Below are positions 11,001-19,713 of a stretch of DNA of 64,000 nt, piece after piece. Below the pieces are notes generated by a model. That model ran no database searches. It worked only from the letters and a program-made list of their open reading frames with translations, and was not told the DNA's origin. Position 1 is the stretch's first letter. Each line of letters begins with the position of its first letter. Source of the DNA: Bacillota bacterium (GTDB taxonomy: Bacteria > Bacillota > SHA-98 > UBA4971); the NCBI GenBank assembly GCA_050949175.1, contig JBMNFG010000011.1:195749-259748 (forward strand). The letters are read 5' to 3'. The position numbers and the translations under genes are program-made.

Positions 11001-13084
11001 TCGCCAGGGCTATAAGTCTCTTTGTCCGGAGTAATGGATATATCAAGGAAGTTCTCTTTTACTGAAACATACATCACCTTTTCCTGCATATAAAGCTGTT
11101 TCCCACGGACAAAAGTGACTGTAAAGAACGAGTTAGGACTGAATTCCTGGGTTATGGGGATCTCAAACAGCCTCGTATGTCCTGTGAGCTCAACCACTTC
11201 CCAGGAGGCTAAGTCGCGCCCTTCAATGGTAATCAATGCCCAAACATGGTCAAACGTTGTATTCACAAGGACCTTTGCAACATCACCTATCTCATAGACA
11301 TCCTTGTCAGTAATGATCTCGATTTCAGTCCCGCCGTAACTGGACCAGCTCCCTTCATAGCCGGCTACCCAGACGTACGCTTCCTCAACAATGCGGTTCC
11401 CTCTTTCGTCAACCCCAGAGACTTCCACCAGGTAAGACCCTTCTTCTTTCGGAGTAAACTCGAACTCCGCCTTCCCGTCCTTACCTGTGGATACCTTCCC
11501 TGATTGCTCCTTCCACCTGATGGATTTGTCCCCATCCCAGGTTTCCTTCATGCTTTGCCATTCAAGATCTACGGCATGAGGTTGGCCGTCTATGGTCTCT
11601 GCTTTTATAAGAATCTTTGAAGGCTCTCCGGGAGGTACTACGTATTTGGCAGGCTGGACAGTTATATCGAAAAGGCCTCGAGAGAGAATCACTGACGACC
11701 TTCCCGTAACCTCCCTTAAACTCTCATCAGTCACGGTTGCTTCTAAATACAATCTCTGAGACCTCTGGATCTTATCTGTCTTTATAGTAAACTGCATGGT
11801 TCCGTCATCTGACGTAACACCTTCGCCTGAATCTACAAGCTCGCCATAATACCCGTAACCCGCGTCGAAAACAGGATAATAGCCCAGGTCTTCTGTGGAG
11901 TAATAACTACGCCAGTACGGTTGGGCGTACACGGCGTACTTTACCTTTGCGCCGGCAACAGGTTTGCCGAAGTAGTAATTAGCTGAAATCCTGGCAGATA
12001 TCTCATCCCCTGCCACATAAATGTCCTTGTCAGCAGTGACTGTGACCTCATACTCCGGCTTCCTGTATTCAGCCACTTTAAACCAGCCATTATGCGTGCT
12101 TCCACACACATTGACAAGGACCCGGTAATCACCTAAAGAAGGCTCATCTCCTAGGGTAAGTTCTCCTGTAACAGAGCCGTACTTGTTGGTCTTAGTGTCT
12201 GCCCTGTAAATAACCGCATCCGTTGAATCTCTAACCTCAATTGTGACTTCTTCATCAGCCAAAACTTCAAAAACTCCGCCTTTATCTTCACGAAGAATGC
12301 CTTTAATCGATACCTTCTGACCCGGCCTGTATATCGGCCGGTCAGTGTAGATATACACCTTATAACGGGCATCTTCCCAGTACCTCCAAGAACTTATCTG
12401 TGCAAAACTGACGCCATCGTCCTCTTCCCGGACACCGAGTATGAACATTTCTCCCCTGGGAGTGCCGGTAAGATCAAAAGCGAAGAGCCCGTCGCGATCT
12501 GTGGTTCCCTCTCCGATGATTTCCCTGTTTTCGTTGTATATGGTAATCCTGGCGCCTTCACACGGGGCCTCCTTGCTGAAGGTGTAGGCGTAGACCAAGA
12601 GTTTACCCTCACCTTGTTTAGTCACGAGCCCAAGGTCTGTTACAATAAACCAGTCGCTGGCTTCACGTCCTTCACTGTCTCTGGCCGTGACCATGTACAC
12701 TCCTTTACCCTCGGACCCGATTCCCGGATCTACCCTGAATCCCGATCCTGCCGGGCCTTGACGAGGACGTTCCCAGAACTCCCGAACCAGTACTGCGTCT
12801 TCCGGCATAACCTGCTCAGTTAAGGATAATGACCCGTGCTGTCTAAAAAACGCTTCTGCATCGAATTTCCAGACAGAAAAGTCAACTCTGGTAGCACCCT
12901 CGCTCCTCACGCGGATCAGGGGCGTCTCAGCCGGTGTATTAACCCGTACGTCTGAGTCCACGTACAAGTGACCTTCAGCTGCTTTGCTGTCTACCGGAAA
13001 CGAGCGTAGAGCAAAAGCCAGTCCGATAAAGAAAGCCACGATTACACCTGTTACAAATAAATTCCGATGACGCTGTGTTTTCAT
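8054..13084 (-). CDS. alpha-2-macroglobulin family protein with intact thioester motif, fused to a C-terminal VanW domain
   Basis: 1676 aa. N-terminal signal anchor and a large beta-rich MG-domain region. YPYGCTEQ (CxEQ thioester) at about residue 950, then a receptor-binding-like domain. Last about 170 aa carry the VanW signature GGICQVSTTLYNAVLRAGLEIVERHPHSQPVDYVPPGFDATI. Confidence 0.72.
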   Translation of the reverse strand: MKTQRHRNLFVTGVIVAFFIGLAFALRSFPVDSKAAEGHLYVDSDVRVNTPAETPLIRVRSEGATRVDFSVWKFDAEAFFRQHGSLSLTEQVMPEDAVLVREFWERPRQGPAGSGFRVDPGIGSEGKGVYMVTARDSEGREASDWFIVTDLGLVTKQGEGKLLVYAYTFSKEAPCEGARITIYNENREIIGEGTTDRDGLFAFDLTGTPRGEMFILGVREEDDGVSFAQISSWRYWEDARYKVYIYTDRPIYRPGQKVSIKGILREDKGGVFEVLADEEVTIEVRDSTDAVIYRADTKTNKYGSVTGELTLGDEPSLGDYRVLVNVCGSTHNGWFKVAEYRKPEYEVTVTADKDIYVAGDEISARISANYYFGKPVAGAKVKYAVYAQPYWRSYYSTEDLGYYPVFDAGYGYYGELVDSGEGVTSDDGTMQFTIKTDKIQRSQRLYLEATVTDESLREVTGRSSVILSRGLFDITVQPAKYVVPPGEPSKILIKAETIDGQPHAVDLEWQSMKETWDGDKSIRWKEQSGKVSTGKDGKAEFEFTPKEEGSYLVEVSGVDERGNRIVEEAYVWVAGYEGSWSSYGGTEIEIITDKDVYEIGDVAKVLVNTTFDHVWALITIEGRDLASWEVVELTGHTRLFEIPITQEFSPNSFFTVTFVRGKQLYMQEKVMYVSVKENFLDISITPDKETYSPGERASYTIKTLDHAGRPVQAEVSIGVVDASIYAIQGELAPDIRKAFYGSIWNQIMTNYSFPRWYYGGADKEAGDSDVRRDFPDTAFWAPVVMTDRKGTAKVSFTMPDSLTTWRATVRGHTLATQVGSATRDVKTTKDLIVRMAVPRFFRLGDTTYISTIVHNYTDRQINAKVSLKAEGVALVDGKERGVDLAPGAQATLNWKIKCDTVGVAKFTASASAGRLSDALELNVSVLPFGNQVQVFDGGEVGKDPAEDGEVKIVFDVPEDVIDNTLNVEVRLAPSVAATALGALEYLTSYPYGCTEQTMNSFLPNIIVSNTLRELGIEMPEIEKDLPDMVNAGLARLYKYQHWEGGWGWWGYDEPKARTTAYVVYGLNLAKKAGYHVDDGVLMRGKRALGVFLNKPKSVDDLVYNLFIMSEVGERFLPRLDEMIVRREELSNYSLALLTLTLKNVERLDDARIVLGDLLQRARGDNARTYWDASQEEWYWADNRIETTAYALLAILAVEPDHPVAPQVVRWLSEARMGNAWTSTKDTAIAVMALTEYMKLREEIKSNITANVSLNGKQVERIAFSGKNAWDKESVIEIDPSQLVPGKNELVVKKTGTGRLYYSVSCKYVTPSESMAEVDNGLKVSRNYYRKVQGSNTFEPITGRVNQGDEIIVRLTVRTDRPRTYIMIEDPLPSGFEVIDKPVDRYSWDFWFAQKEIRDEKVAIFSTYLDEGENEIVYSMRAERPGEYKVMPTMAWGMYLPDVYGASRSHDIVVEMPTLAGFSTTVKEPELNRNHNIALAAQAIDGFVLQPGEVFSLDKVLGPRLEAQGYKEARVISGGKSVPGVAGGICQVSTTLYNAVLRAGLEIVERHPHSQPVDYVPPGFDATISEESGLDLRFKNQLDVPVTISARTEGPRLTVEVKAGLLAKRQVEVTREVLNVERPRLMAGGNSENEKISAGKPGIRVAVWRTIDTGGTVVRELISEDYYKPIHAVAYTP

Positions 13085-13091
13085 GGTTGCT

Positions 13092-13937
13092 TTACCCCCT
13101 TACGGGCAGAGTTTTCCCGAACTTTTCTGTTTCAAAGACATATAACTCGAACGGAGTCTGAGCTCCTATACCTGCTTCCCGCATAGCCCATTCCTTTTGA
13201 TATTTGCTTGTCCTGGCCTCACCCGGCAGTATTACCCCGGAGCGCCCACTTGTCTTTATCAGAATCCCTTCCAAACGCGGGTTAACTATCACATCGGGAC
13301 TCTCTCTTCTGACCCGTCCTACAACAGATACGCAAAACTCGAGGTTATCAAGGTCTTCCGCTGTTATCGGAGGATGGCGGATGTCCATGGTAGCAGCCAT
13401 CCGGGCTGCCCTCTTAATCTCTTCATATAAGTTGGGCTCGCCGGGATAAATCCTTCCCATACATCCCCTGACTTTGTTGTCAATTATTATCGTAACGAAC
13501 ACGCCCGCTTGAATGCTCTTAAGGGGGCTTGACGAGGATTTGTCGGCATCATTCTCGCTTGGCCCCGGCTTTTCGCCCAGGACCACGCGGGTTACAGACC
13601 TTCCGGCAATATCCAGAATCTCCTGTTCCAAAGCAGGCGAGCGCAATGCTCTCAGCCTGTCCAAAGGGTCGCTTCCTTGAAAGATCGGAGATGCTTCGCC
13701 AAGCCGAGAGGGACTTTCCTCATCCGGCCTCTGCTCCTCTAGCGGTGATTTCAAAGATAAAGAATCCAGCCCTCCACGGCCTTCTCCTTGAACACCGTGG
13801 GGGCTGTATGAAGCCTTAAGAATGAAGAGGCCTACAATAATCAGGAAAGCAGTGATGCAACTAATAGTTACCCGTCTATTGCCAGGCTTCCCCCGGCCTT
13901 GCGAAGTCACAGAATCCAAAGCTCCTTTTTCAAGCAA
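13092..13937 (-). CDS. membrane-anchored AMMECR1-domain protein
   Basis: 281 aa. Basic N-terminus, one TM helix (ITAFLIIVGLFIL), a Pro/Ser/Glu-rich linker, then the AMMECR1 core GVFVTIIIDNKVRGCMG...DIRHPPITAEDLDNLEFCVSVVG. Only 8 bp downstream of the A2M-VanW gene. Confidence 0.68.
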   Translation of the reverse strand: MLEKGALDSVTSQGRGKPGNRRVTISCITAFLIIVGLFILKASYSPHGVQGEGRGGLDSLSLKSPLEEQRPDEESPSRLGEASPIFQGSDPLDRLRALRSPALEQEILDIAGRSVTRVVLGEKPGPSENDADKSSSSPLKSIQAGVFVTIIIDNKVRGCMGRIYPGEPNLYEEIKRAARMAATMDIRHPPITAEDLDNLEFCVSVVGRVRRESPDVIVNPRLEGILIKTSGRSGVILPGEARTSKYQKEWAMREAGIGAQTPFELYVFETEKFGKTLPVRG

Positions 13938-14140
13938 GACGGTCTTTTTCGGTTGAACGTAATTACCTGTGAGTTCAGTTCTATTCGTCTATGCTCGATT
14001 CCTTCCCAATTCCCTATGTAAACCTTATAAATTTTGGATCTTAATTCGTAAATAAGGTTTTTTGCCCTCTCCGACATAGTAACGTCCATTATACGTTGGA
14101 ATAACATGTTGTGAGGAAGACTTATGAAGGGAGAATCATT

Positions 14141-15001
14141 ATGATTACATATATAGTCCAACCCGGTGATACCCTTGCCTTAATCGCACAACGCTTCGGT
14201 TCTACAGTGCAGTCAATCGTCTCCACAAACAACATATCTGACCCGAACCTTATTTTTGTGGGACAGGTACTGCAGATACCGGTGGCAGGTGCACCGCCGA
14301 CTGCGACTCCGCCTACTACGCCGGCACCACCTACTCCTGCCCCTACACCGCCGTCGATTACAGTCCCTGACGGCTTCAGGCTCTACATTGTACAGCCTGC
14401 AGATACCCTGGCTGAGCTCGCAAGACGCTTCGGGACGACTGTTCAGGTCCTGGTTTCGGTAAACCGCATCCCTGATATAAACCTGATAACTGTGGGACAG
14501 GTCTTGTTTGTTCCCATAAGGCCGATTACAGTTGTGCCTGTGCCGCCGCCCAGTCCGCCGACACCGCCGGCACCGCCTACTCCACCTACACCTCCGGGAC
14601 CGCCTGTCACCGGAGTGAACCAGGTTTCCCTGGTCCAAGGCGGGCTTAGGCATACTTTCATGGTAAGTAGGACAACATTTTCACGGGGTGAGCCTGTCAG
14701 GCTGAGCCTCAGCAAGACGAATGTCACAGGATCCCCTGTGTCCATCACTTACAGAGGAAGCCAAAGATATGACTTTATCGTTACACGGGCAGGCAGAGAG
14801 ATTTGGCGGTGGTCTGAAGGGCGCTTCTTCACATTTGCTATCGAAACAATCTCTGTAGCCCCGGGAGAGCGTCTCCTCCACATACAGATATGGAATCAGA
14901 CTACAAACCGCGGAGTTCCGGTGTCTCCGGGAGTCTATACTGTCACAGCAGTTAACACAGGGACAGGAGTGAGGCTTAGCATTCAAATCGAGATTAGATG
15001 A
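14141..15001 (+). CDS. LysM-LysM protein with Pro/Thr-rich linkers and a C-terminal beta-rich domain (possibly BsuPI-like protease-inhibitor fold)
   Basis: Two LysM repeats ([17 protein letters not shown]..., [17 protein letters not shown]...) and PT-rich linkers. ATG at 14141 with a GGGAGA RBS; the ORF is also open from a GTG at 14111. Confidence 0.72.
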   Translation: MITYIVQPGDTLALIAQRFGSTVQSIVSTNNISDPNLIFVGQVLQIPVAGAPPTATPPTTPAPPTPAPTPPSITVPDGFRLYIVQPADTLAELARRFGTTVQVLVSVNRIPDINLITVGQVLFVPIRPITVVPVPPPSPPTPPAPPTPPTPPGPPVTGVNQVSLVQGGLRHTFMVSRTTFSRGEPVRLSLSKTNVTGSPVSITYRGSQRYDFIVTRAGREIWRWSEGRFFTFAIETISVAPGERLLHIQIWNQTTNRGVPVSPGVYTVTAVNTGTGVRLSIQIEIR

Positions 15002-15117
15002 CGATCGAAGTCAGGCAGGCAAGTAATTGTCCTCGACTTGCCATATAATTACGGTATATAATCGTGGAAGACAGACACCCAATGCTCAGGCTGAGTTAAC
15101 AAGAGGAGGCATGCGAT

Positions 15118-15336
15118 TTGCGCGAACAAGTAGAAAAAGCCCTTGATAAGATAAGGGTTGCGCTAAAAGCGCACGGCGGCGACGTAGAACTTGTGGATGT
15201 TGAGGGCAATGTAGTGAAAGTAAGACTTACAGGCGCATGTGGAGGATGTCCCTTTTCCACAATGACACTGAAGAACGGTATTGAGCGGACACTGAAGGCG
15301 GAGATCCCTGAGATAGAGAGAGTGGAAGCTGTATAG
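15118..15336 (+). CDS. NifU-like (Nfu C-terminal domain) Fe-S assembly protein
   Basis: 72 aa. LTGACGGCPFS motif. TTG start 8 nt after AGAGGAGG. Confidence 0.7.
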   Translation: MREQVEKALDKIRVALKAHGGDVELVDVEGNVVKVRLTGACGGCPFSTMTLKNGIERTLKAEIPEIERVEAV

Positions 15337-15400
15337 GCCGAAAATACAATTTTGCCTTGTATTTACGAAGGGAAGCCGCCCAGGATCTGGGCGGCTGACG
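15337..15400. terminator. hairpins between convergent nifU-like and aorC-like genes (AAATACAA-N7-TTGTATTT; GCCGCCCAG-GATC-CTGGGCGGC)
   Basis: Perfect 8- and 9-bp stems read directly. The flanking U-tracts are weak. Confidence 0.45.
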
Positions 15401-15455
15401 ATTGTACTTCCGTGATTAACTGGAATCGCGCAGTCAGCTATAATCGTTAGTATAG

Positions 15456-16769
15456 CTATCCTAATGGACCGCAATAGGAAAGCCTTGTCCCCGTATGCAC
15501 AACATCTCCATAGCTTAACCTGGCACCAAGCAGCACGTTCCTTATGCCGGCAGTATCTTCACCCCGTGCTATCAGGCTCCGTAAGACACCTGCCGCTTGT
15601 GTGGAAGGGCCTGAGATCACAGCTCCTACCAACCGCCCGTCGGAGAACACCAGGCGCCTGTACTCTTTTCTACGCCTATCCAGGAACAATACTGCCTCGT
15701 CCCCTTCTTCAGGCCGGATTTTCCCTAAGGTTATCAAAGACTTATCACCGAACGAGACTGAATTCAGGCCTACGTCCCCCGGATATGACACTCTGCGCCC
15801 GGCCATATTGTATCCTGCAACTCTTCCCTGCCAGACAGCGCTGGACCAAAGCGCGTTTACCCAATGCTTCCCGCGGGCTCTGTCATGGCCTTCAGCAATG
15901 TCGCCTGCCGCGTAGACATTCGGGACATTCGTCTCCATCCTGTCGTTTACAAGAATACCGAACCCTGCCTCGATCTCGGTCCCTTTTATGCTAGACAGAT
16001 TGGGGCTTACACCTTTCCCGATGACAACCATGTCACAGTCTATAACCTCGCCTGTTGAAAGGCGGACCCTTTCAACTTCTCCGTCTCCTTCAATCGCTGC
16101 GGCATCGCATCTTAGCCTGATATCCAAACCGGGCACTTGGAACATATTGAACACTACTTCTTGATCCTCGGGGGCTGTGATCTGAGACAGCAACCTTCCG
16201 GAAGTTACGACAAGCACGACATCTATGCCGCGGGCAAGCAAGCCTTCAACTGTCTTAATACTGACAAGGCCTCCGCCTAGCACCACTGCCCGCTTGGATG
16301 TGGGAGTCTTCTCCTTGATCTTCTTCGCATCCTCCAGAGTCCTTAAAGAATACACACCTGACAGCGTAGCCCCGGGAATATCAGGAACCTGGGGACTGCT
16401 GCCCATTGCAAGCAGCAGCGAATTATAAGCCAGGCGGCGTCCGTCTTCAAGTTCAACGACTTTTCCGATGGGATCAACACGAGAAGCCCCTACACCCAGC
16501 AATGGCCTGACCCCGTTCTTTTCGTAAAAATCCTCATCTACCAGAAAGACGTCGTCAAGATCGGTTTTTCCGCCTATCCAGTAGGTTAGGAGAATCTTGG
16601 AATAATACCTCTCAACCTCGGGAGATACGATTGCTACCTCGCCGTCAGGGTCTACCTCGCGTATGGCAAGGAGGGCGCTGATTCCCGCAGGACCGTTCCC
16701 TAGGATCACGTAATTGCTAAAGCCAGAGTCTGCTTTACCTTCTTCGAACGCCTTATCAACCAAAGGCAA
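15456..16769 (-). CDS. FAD/NAD(P)-binding pyridine nucleotide-disulfide oxidoreductase family protein (AorC-like electron-transfer subunit)
   Basis: 437 aa. GxGxxG dinucleotide folds (ILGNGPAGISA, VVLGGGLVS). Last gene of the AOR operon. Confidence 0.72.
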   Translation of the reverse strand: MPLVDKAFEEGKADSGFSNYVILGNGPAGISALLAIREVDPDGEVAIVSPEVERYYSKILLTYWIGGKTDLDDVFLVDEDFYEKNGVRPLLGVGASRVDPIGKVVELEDGRRLAYNSLLLAMGSSPQVPDIPGATLSGVYSLRTLEDAKKIKEKTPTSKRAVVLGGGLVSIKTVEGLLARGIDVVLVVTSGRLLSQITAPEDQEVVFNMFQVPGLDIRLRCDAAAIEGDGEVERVRLSTGEVIDCDMVVIGKGVSPNLSSIKGTEIEAGFGILVNDRMETNVPNVYAAGDIAEGHDRARGKHWVNALWSSAVWQGRVAGYNMAGRRVSYPGDVGLNSVSFGDKSLITLGKIRPEEGDEAVLFLDRRRKEYRRLVFSDGRLVGAVISGPSTQAAGVLRSLIARGEDTAGIRNVLLGARLSYGDVVHTGTRLSYCGPLG

Positions 16770-16808
16770 TTCCCCTCCCTCGAAGCCTGTGGCTTGAGCA
16801 AAGTAAAA

Positions 16809-17087
16809 CTAGCCGCCGGCGACAGCCGAGAGGAAACTGACGGTGTCGCCGTCATTCAGTTTGGTCTTGACTCCGGAGATAAACTCAATATTCCTTCCGT
16901 TTACAAGGATATTGATATCCCGCCTGAGTTCTCCGGATCCGGTAAGCAATTCATTCTTAAGAGGCAGGCCGAAGCGGGATACCAGGACTTCGACTAAAGT
17001 TTCTATATCAGGAGCCAAGTCAGCAGGTATCTCCACTTCGTCAACGCCTGTCGCTGTCTTCATGAAGAAGAAGAACCTAACGCGCAC
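16809..17087 (-). CDS. MoaD/ThiS-family small protein (AorD-like)
   Basis: 92 aa ending in GG. The beta-grasp length fits. The real start may be the internal Met at 17063. Confidence 0.6.
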   Translation of the reverse strand: MRVRFFFFMKTATGVDEVEIPADLAPDIETLVEVLVSRFGLPLKNELLTGSGELRRDINILVNGRNIEFISGVKTKLNDGDTVSFLSAVAGG

Positions 17088-17118
17088 GTTATGCCTCCTC
17101 TTACACCCATCTTGACTC

Positions 17119-18924
17119 TTATTCTTCGAGACCCAGCCTTTCCAGGGTTTCAGGGGTCGGGTCTCCTTTATCTGTCCAGCCTCTGAGCGCGTAGTACTCA
17201 GCTAACATCTCAGCGAGTTCCACTACCTGGCCTTCGGCCGGCCCTTCCGGCATCTTTTCTTCAGTAAGCCTGGGCACAAGTCTGTCCTCGTTCCCTGTCA
17301 ATCCTTCCCTCATGTTGTAGAGGCGTTCCAGGTTCCATATGCGTTCACCTGCAAGGAGCGCTTTCTCCTCAGGGAACGGTATGCCTGTTGCAGGCTCAAG
17401 CATGCTTGCCACATCAGGCGCACCCAGGGCAAATGTGGTGAACAAACACACGCCTGAAGAGTCCACCAAAGCTGTTACATCCTGAAAAGCCTTGACCCAG
17501 AAAGCCTTGTTTTCCTTGGACAGAGGATCCAGCTTTTCAGGGACACCCAGCATCTCAGGGGAGATGGTGTAGCCTCGCACGTGACACCCGCCTCTGTTGG
17601 ATGTCGCGTAGTTGAGTCCGATACCCTTAGATCCACGAGGATCGTAAGCCGGATACTCCTGCTTCTTCGTGCTCATCGAAAGCTCAGGATGGCCGAACTC
17701 CTCCGCAAGGCGGTATGACCCTTTGGCCAGCAGCTCGCCGATTCCCTCTTTATAAGCAGTCTTCTTAATCGCCTCAATCAAGATATCAGGGTCACCGAAC
17801 CTCAGCGGTATATCGGTGGCATCCTTCGGCATGTAACCTTTCTCGTAGAGTTCCATGGCGCAAGCTATGGTTGATCCCATGGTGATGGGGTCAAGTCCAA
17901 GCTCATTGCACAAGTAGTTGCCTTTCGTGATGGCTTCCAGGTTGTCTATGCCGCATGTTGCACCGAAGGCCCAGATAATCTCATATTCAGGACCTTCGCC
18001 TTTGCCTGCGTATTTTCCGGTGGCCACTTCAGTTGGCCTGCTGCAGGCGATTGGACAGGCAAAGCATGAGCGCTTCCTTACAAGGAGCGTGTCTGCCAAG
18101 GTCTCGCCGGATATCTTCTCTGCTCCTTCAAACACACCGGTCTGGAAGTTCCTTGTAGGGAACGCTCCGTGCTGGTTGACTACGTTCACCAGGACAGGAG
18201 TGCCGTAAGTCGGCAGGCCTTGCGAGGTAACAGGATGTTCCTTGATCTTCTTCAAAGCAGCTGCCACAGCCTGTCTGAATCCATCCATGTCTGCAATTCT
18301 AACGTCACCTGTTCCGCGCACGACAACGGCTTTCAGGTTCTTTGAACCCATGACAGCACCGACTCCTGAGCGGCCGGCAGCTCTGCCTTTGTCATTGATG
18401 ATGCATGCAAACAATACCTGGTTCTCACCTGCAGGCCCTATGCATGAGACTTTAGCGTCAGGATCTGTCTCAGCCAGGAGGATATCTGTGGTTTCCGATG
18501 TGTCCTTGCCCCAGACATGTTTCGCAGAACGGATTTCCACTTTTCCGTTGTTTACCCAGATATAAACCGGCTCATCAGCTTTCCCTTCGAAGATGAAAGC
18601 GTCAAAGCCCGCGTACTTCATTTCAGCAGGGAAATACCCGCCTGAATTAGACGCAGCTATATACCCGGTAAGGGGAGACTTTGTGATAACGTTGTAACGG
18701 CCTGATGATATGGCTCCTGTCCCTGTAAGAGGTCCTGTTGCAAATATCAGCTTGTTTTCCGGGCTGAACGGATCTATTCCAGGTTTAGTCTCGTCGTACA
18801 AGATCTTTGTACCCAAGCCTCTGGCGCCCAGATACTCCTCAGCCAGCTTGGGATCAAGATCTTCTACCTTAACTGACCTATTGGTCAGGTCTATCCTGGC
18901 CAGTTTTCCTATCCAACCGTACAT
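17119..18924 (-). CDS. aor: tungsten-containing aldehyde:ferredoxin oxidoreductase (AOR family)
   Basis: 601 aa. The N-terminus [24 protein letters not shown]...[15 protein letters not shown] closely resembles Pyrococcus AOR, and the full-length layout is AOR-type. Confidence 0.9.
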   Translation of the reverse strand: MYGWIGKLARIDLTNRSVKVEDLDPKLAEEYLGARGLGTKILYDETKPGIDPFSPENKLIFATGPLTGTGAISSGRYNVITKSPLTGYIAASNSGGYFPAEMKYAGFDAFIFEGKADEPVYIWVNNGKVEIRSAKHVWGKDTSETTDILLAETDPDAKVSCIGPAGENQVLFACIINDKGRAAGRSGVGAVMGSKNLKAVVVRGTGDVRIADMDGFRQAVAAALKKIKEHPVTSQGLPTYGTPVLVNVVNQHGAFPTRNFQTGVFEGAEKISGETLADTLLVRKRSCFACPIACSRPTEVATGKYAGKGEGPEYEIIWAFGATCGIDNLEAITKGNYLCNELGLDPITMGSTIACAMELYEKGYMPKDATDIPLRFGDPDILIEAIKKTAYKEGIGELLAKGSYRLAEEFGHPELSMSTKKQEYPAYDPRGSKGIGLNYATSNRGGCHVRGYTISPEMLGVPEKLDPLSKENKAFWVKAFQDVTALVDSSGVCLFTTFALGAPDVASMLEPATGIPFPEEKALLAGERIWNLERLYNMREGLTGNEDRLVPRLTEEKMPEGPAEGQVVELAEMLAEYYALRGWTDKGDPTPETLERLGLEE

Positions 18925-19424
18925 CAGATCTTCACCTCCTGCAGGGCACGCTTCAGTTTGTCACCGATTTCCATACGTTTACGGACCATCGCACTGTCTG
19001 CTTCCACAAACTTAATGGCGTCCCACGGACAGAACTTAACGCACTCCGGATCACCGCCGCACAGGTCGCATTTGACTGCCTTGCCGTCAGGAGAGCAATA
19101 GGAAATCGCTCCGAACGGGCAAGCAGCTGAGCACATTCTGCAGCCTATGCATTTGGATTCTTCGATTACTACAGCACCTGTTTCGGGGTTCTTGGATATT
19201 GCGCCGGTGGGACATACGTCTCTGCAGAGGGGTTCTTCACAATGCTGACATGTTACTGGGAAGAAGAAGTTGTCTTCGAGGAAAATAGCTACTGTGATTC
19301 TTGCCTTAGCCGGATTGATTACCCCACACTGCCTTGCTGAACAAGCCAGCTCACAAATACGGCATGCGGTACACTTCTCATGCTCTACGAGCAAGAGTTT
19401 CTCCAAGGCACCATCCCTCCTCAA
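18924..19424 (-). CDS. 4x[4Fe-4S] ferredoxin-like electron-transfer subunit (AorA-like)
   Basis: 166 aa with four CxxCxxCxxxCP motifs. The stop codon overlaps the AOR start codon. Confidence 0.85.
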   Translation of the reverse strand: MRRDGALEKLLLVEHEKCTACRICELACSARQCGVINPAKARITVAIFLEDNFFFPVTCQHCEEPLCRDVCPTGAISKNPETGAVVIEESKCIGCRMCSAACPFGAISYCSPDGKAVKCDLCGGDPECVKFCPWDAIKFVEADSAMVRKRMEIGDKLKRALQEVKI

Positions 19425-19590
19425 ATCTTCAGTTTTTGCCTGCGAGATAATTTATTCGCCGGAATACTATGAAAATCCTTCCATTAAATTCATTTCGGGA
19501 AACCGGTCAGAAAACCGATCAGGGAACCGGCTCCACCGTTTATCGGCCCGGCCCTTTTTTTGTTGGTTTAAGCCTGTAGCAGGGCATAAG

Positions 19591-19630
19591 ATAAAAACAG
19601 CCCCCGGGTCATGGATTAAACCCGGAGGCA
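19591..19630 (-). terminator. putative intrinsic terminator downstream of hutU
   Basis: Hairpin GCCTCCGGG-N12-CCCGGGGGC followed by UGUUUUUAU on the minus strand. Confidence 0.45.
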
Positions 19631-19644
19631 AAGGCGAGCCTCTT

Positions 19645-19690
19645 TTACACCCTCAAGAACAAACTCAAGAACAGACTTAAGAACAAAAGG
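19645..19690 (-). promoter_or_regulatory. three direct repeats TGTTCTTGAG spaced 12 bp apart, upstream of the AOR operon
   Basis: Minus-strand reading TGTTCTTAAGTCTGTTCTTGAGTTTGTTCTTGAGG, about 220 bp upstream of the aorA-like start codon. Confidence 0.4.
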
Positions 19691-19713
19691 ACGCATATGC
19701 TAAGCTATTCTTT

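Noticed and set aside
13092-13937. AmmeMemoRadiSam system (AMMECR1 + Memo + radical SAM)
   Set aside because: Only the AMMECR1-domain gene is present here; no Memo-like or adjacent radical SAM partner. The radical SAM gene at 49607 is 36 kb away and of a different type (SPASM).
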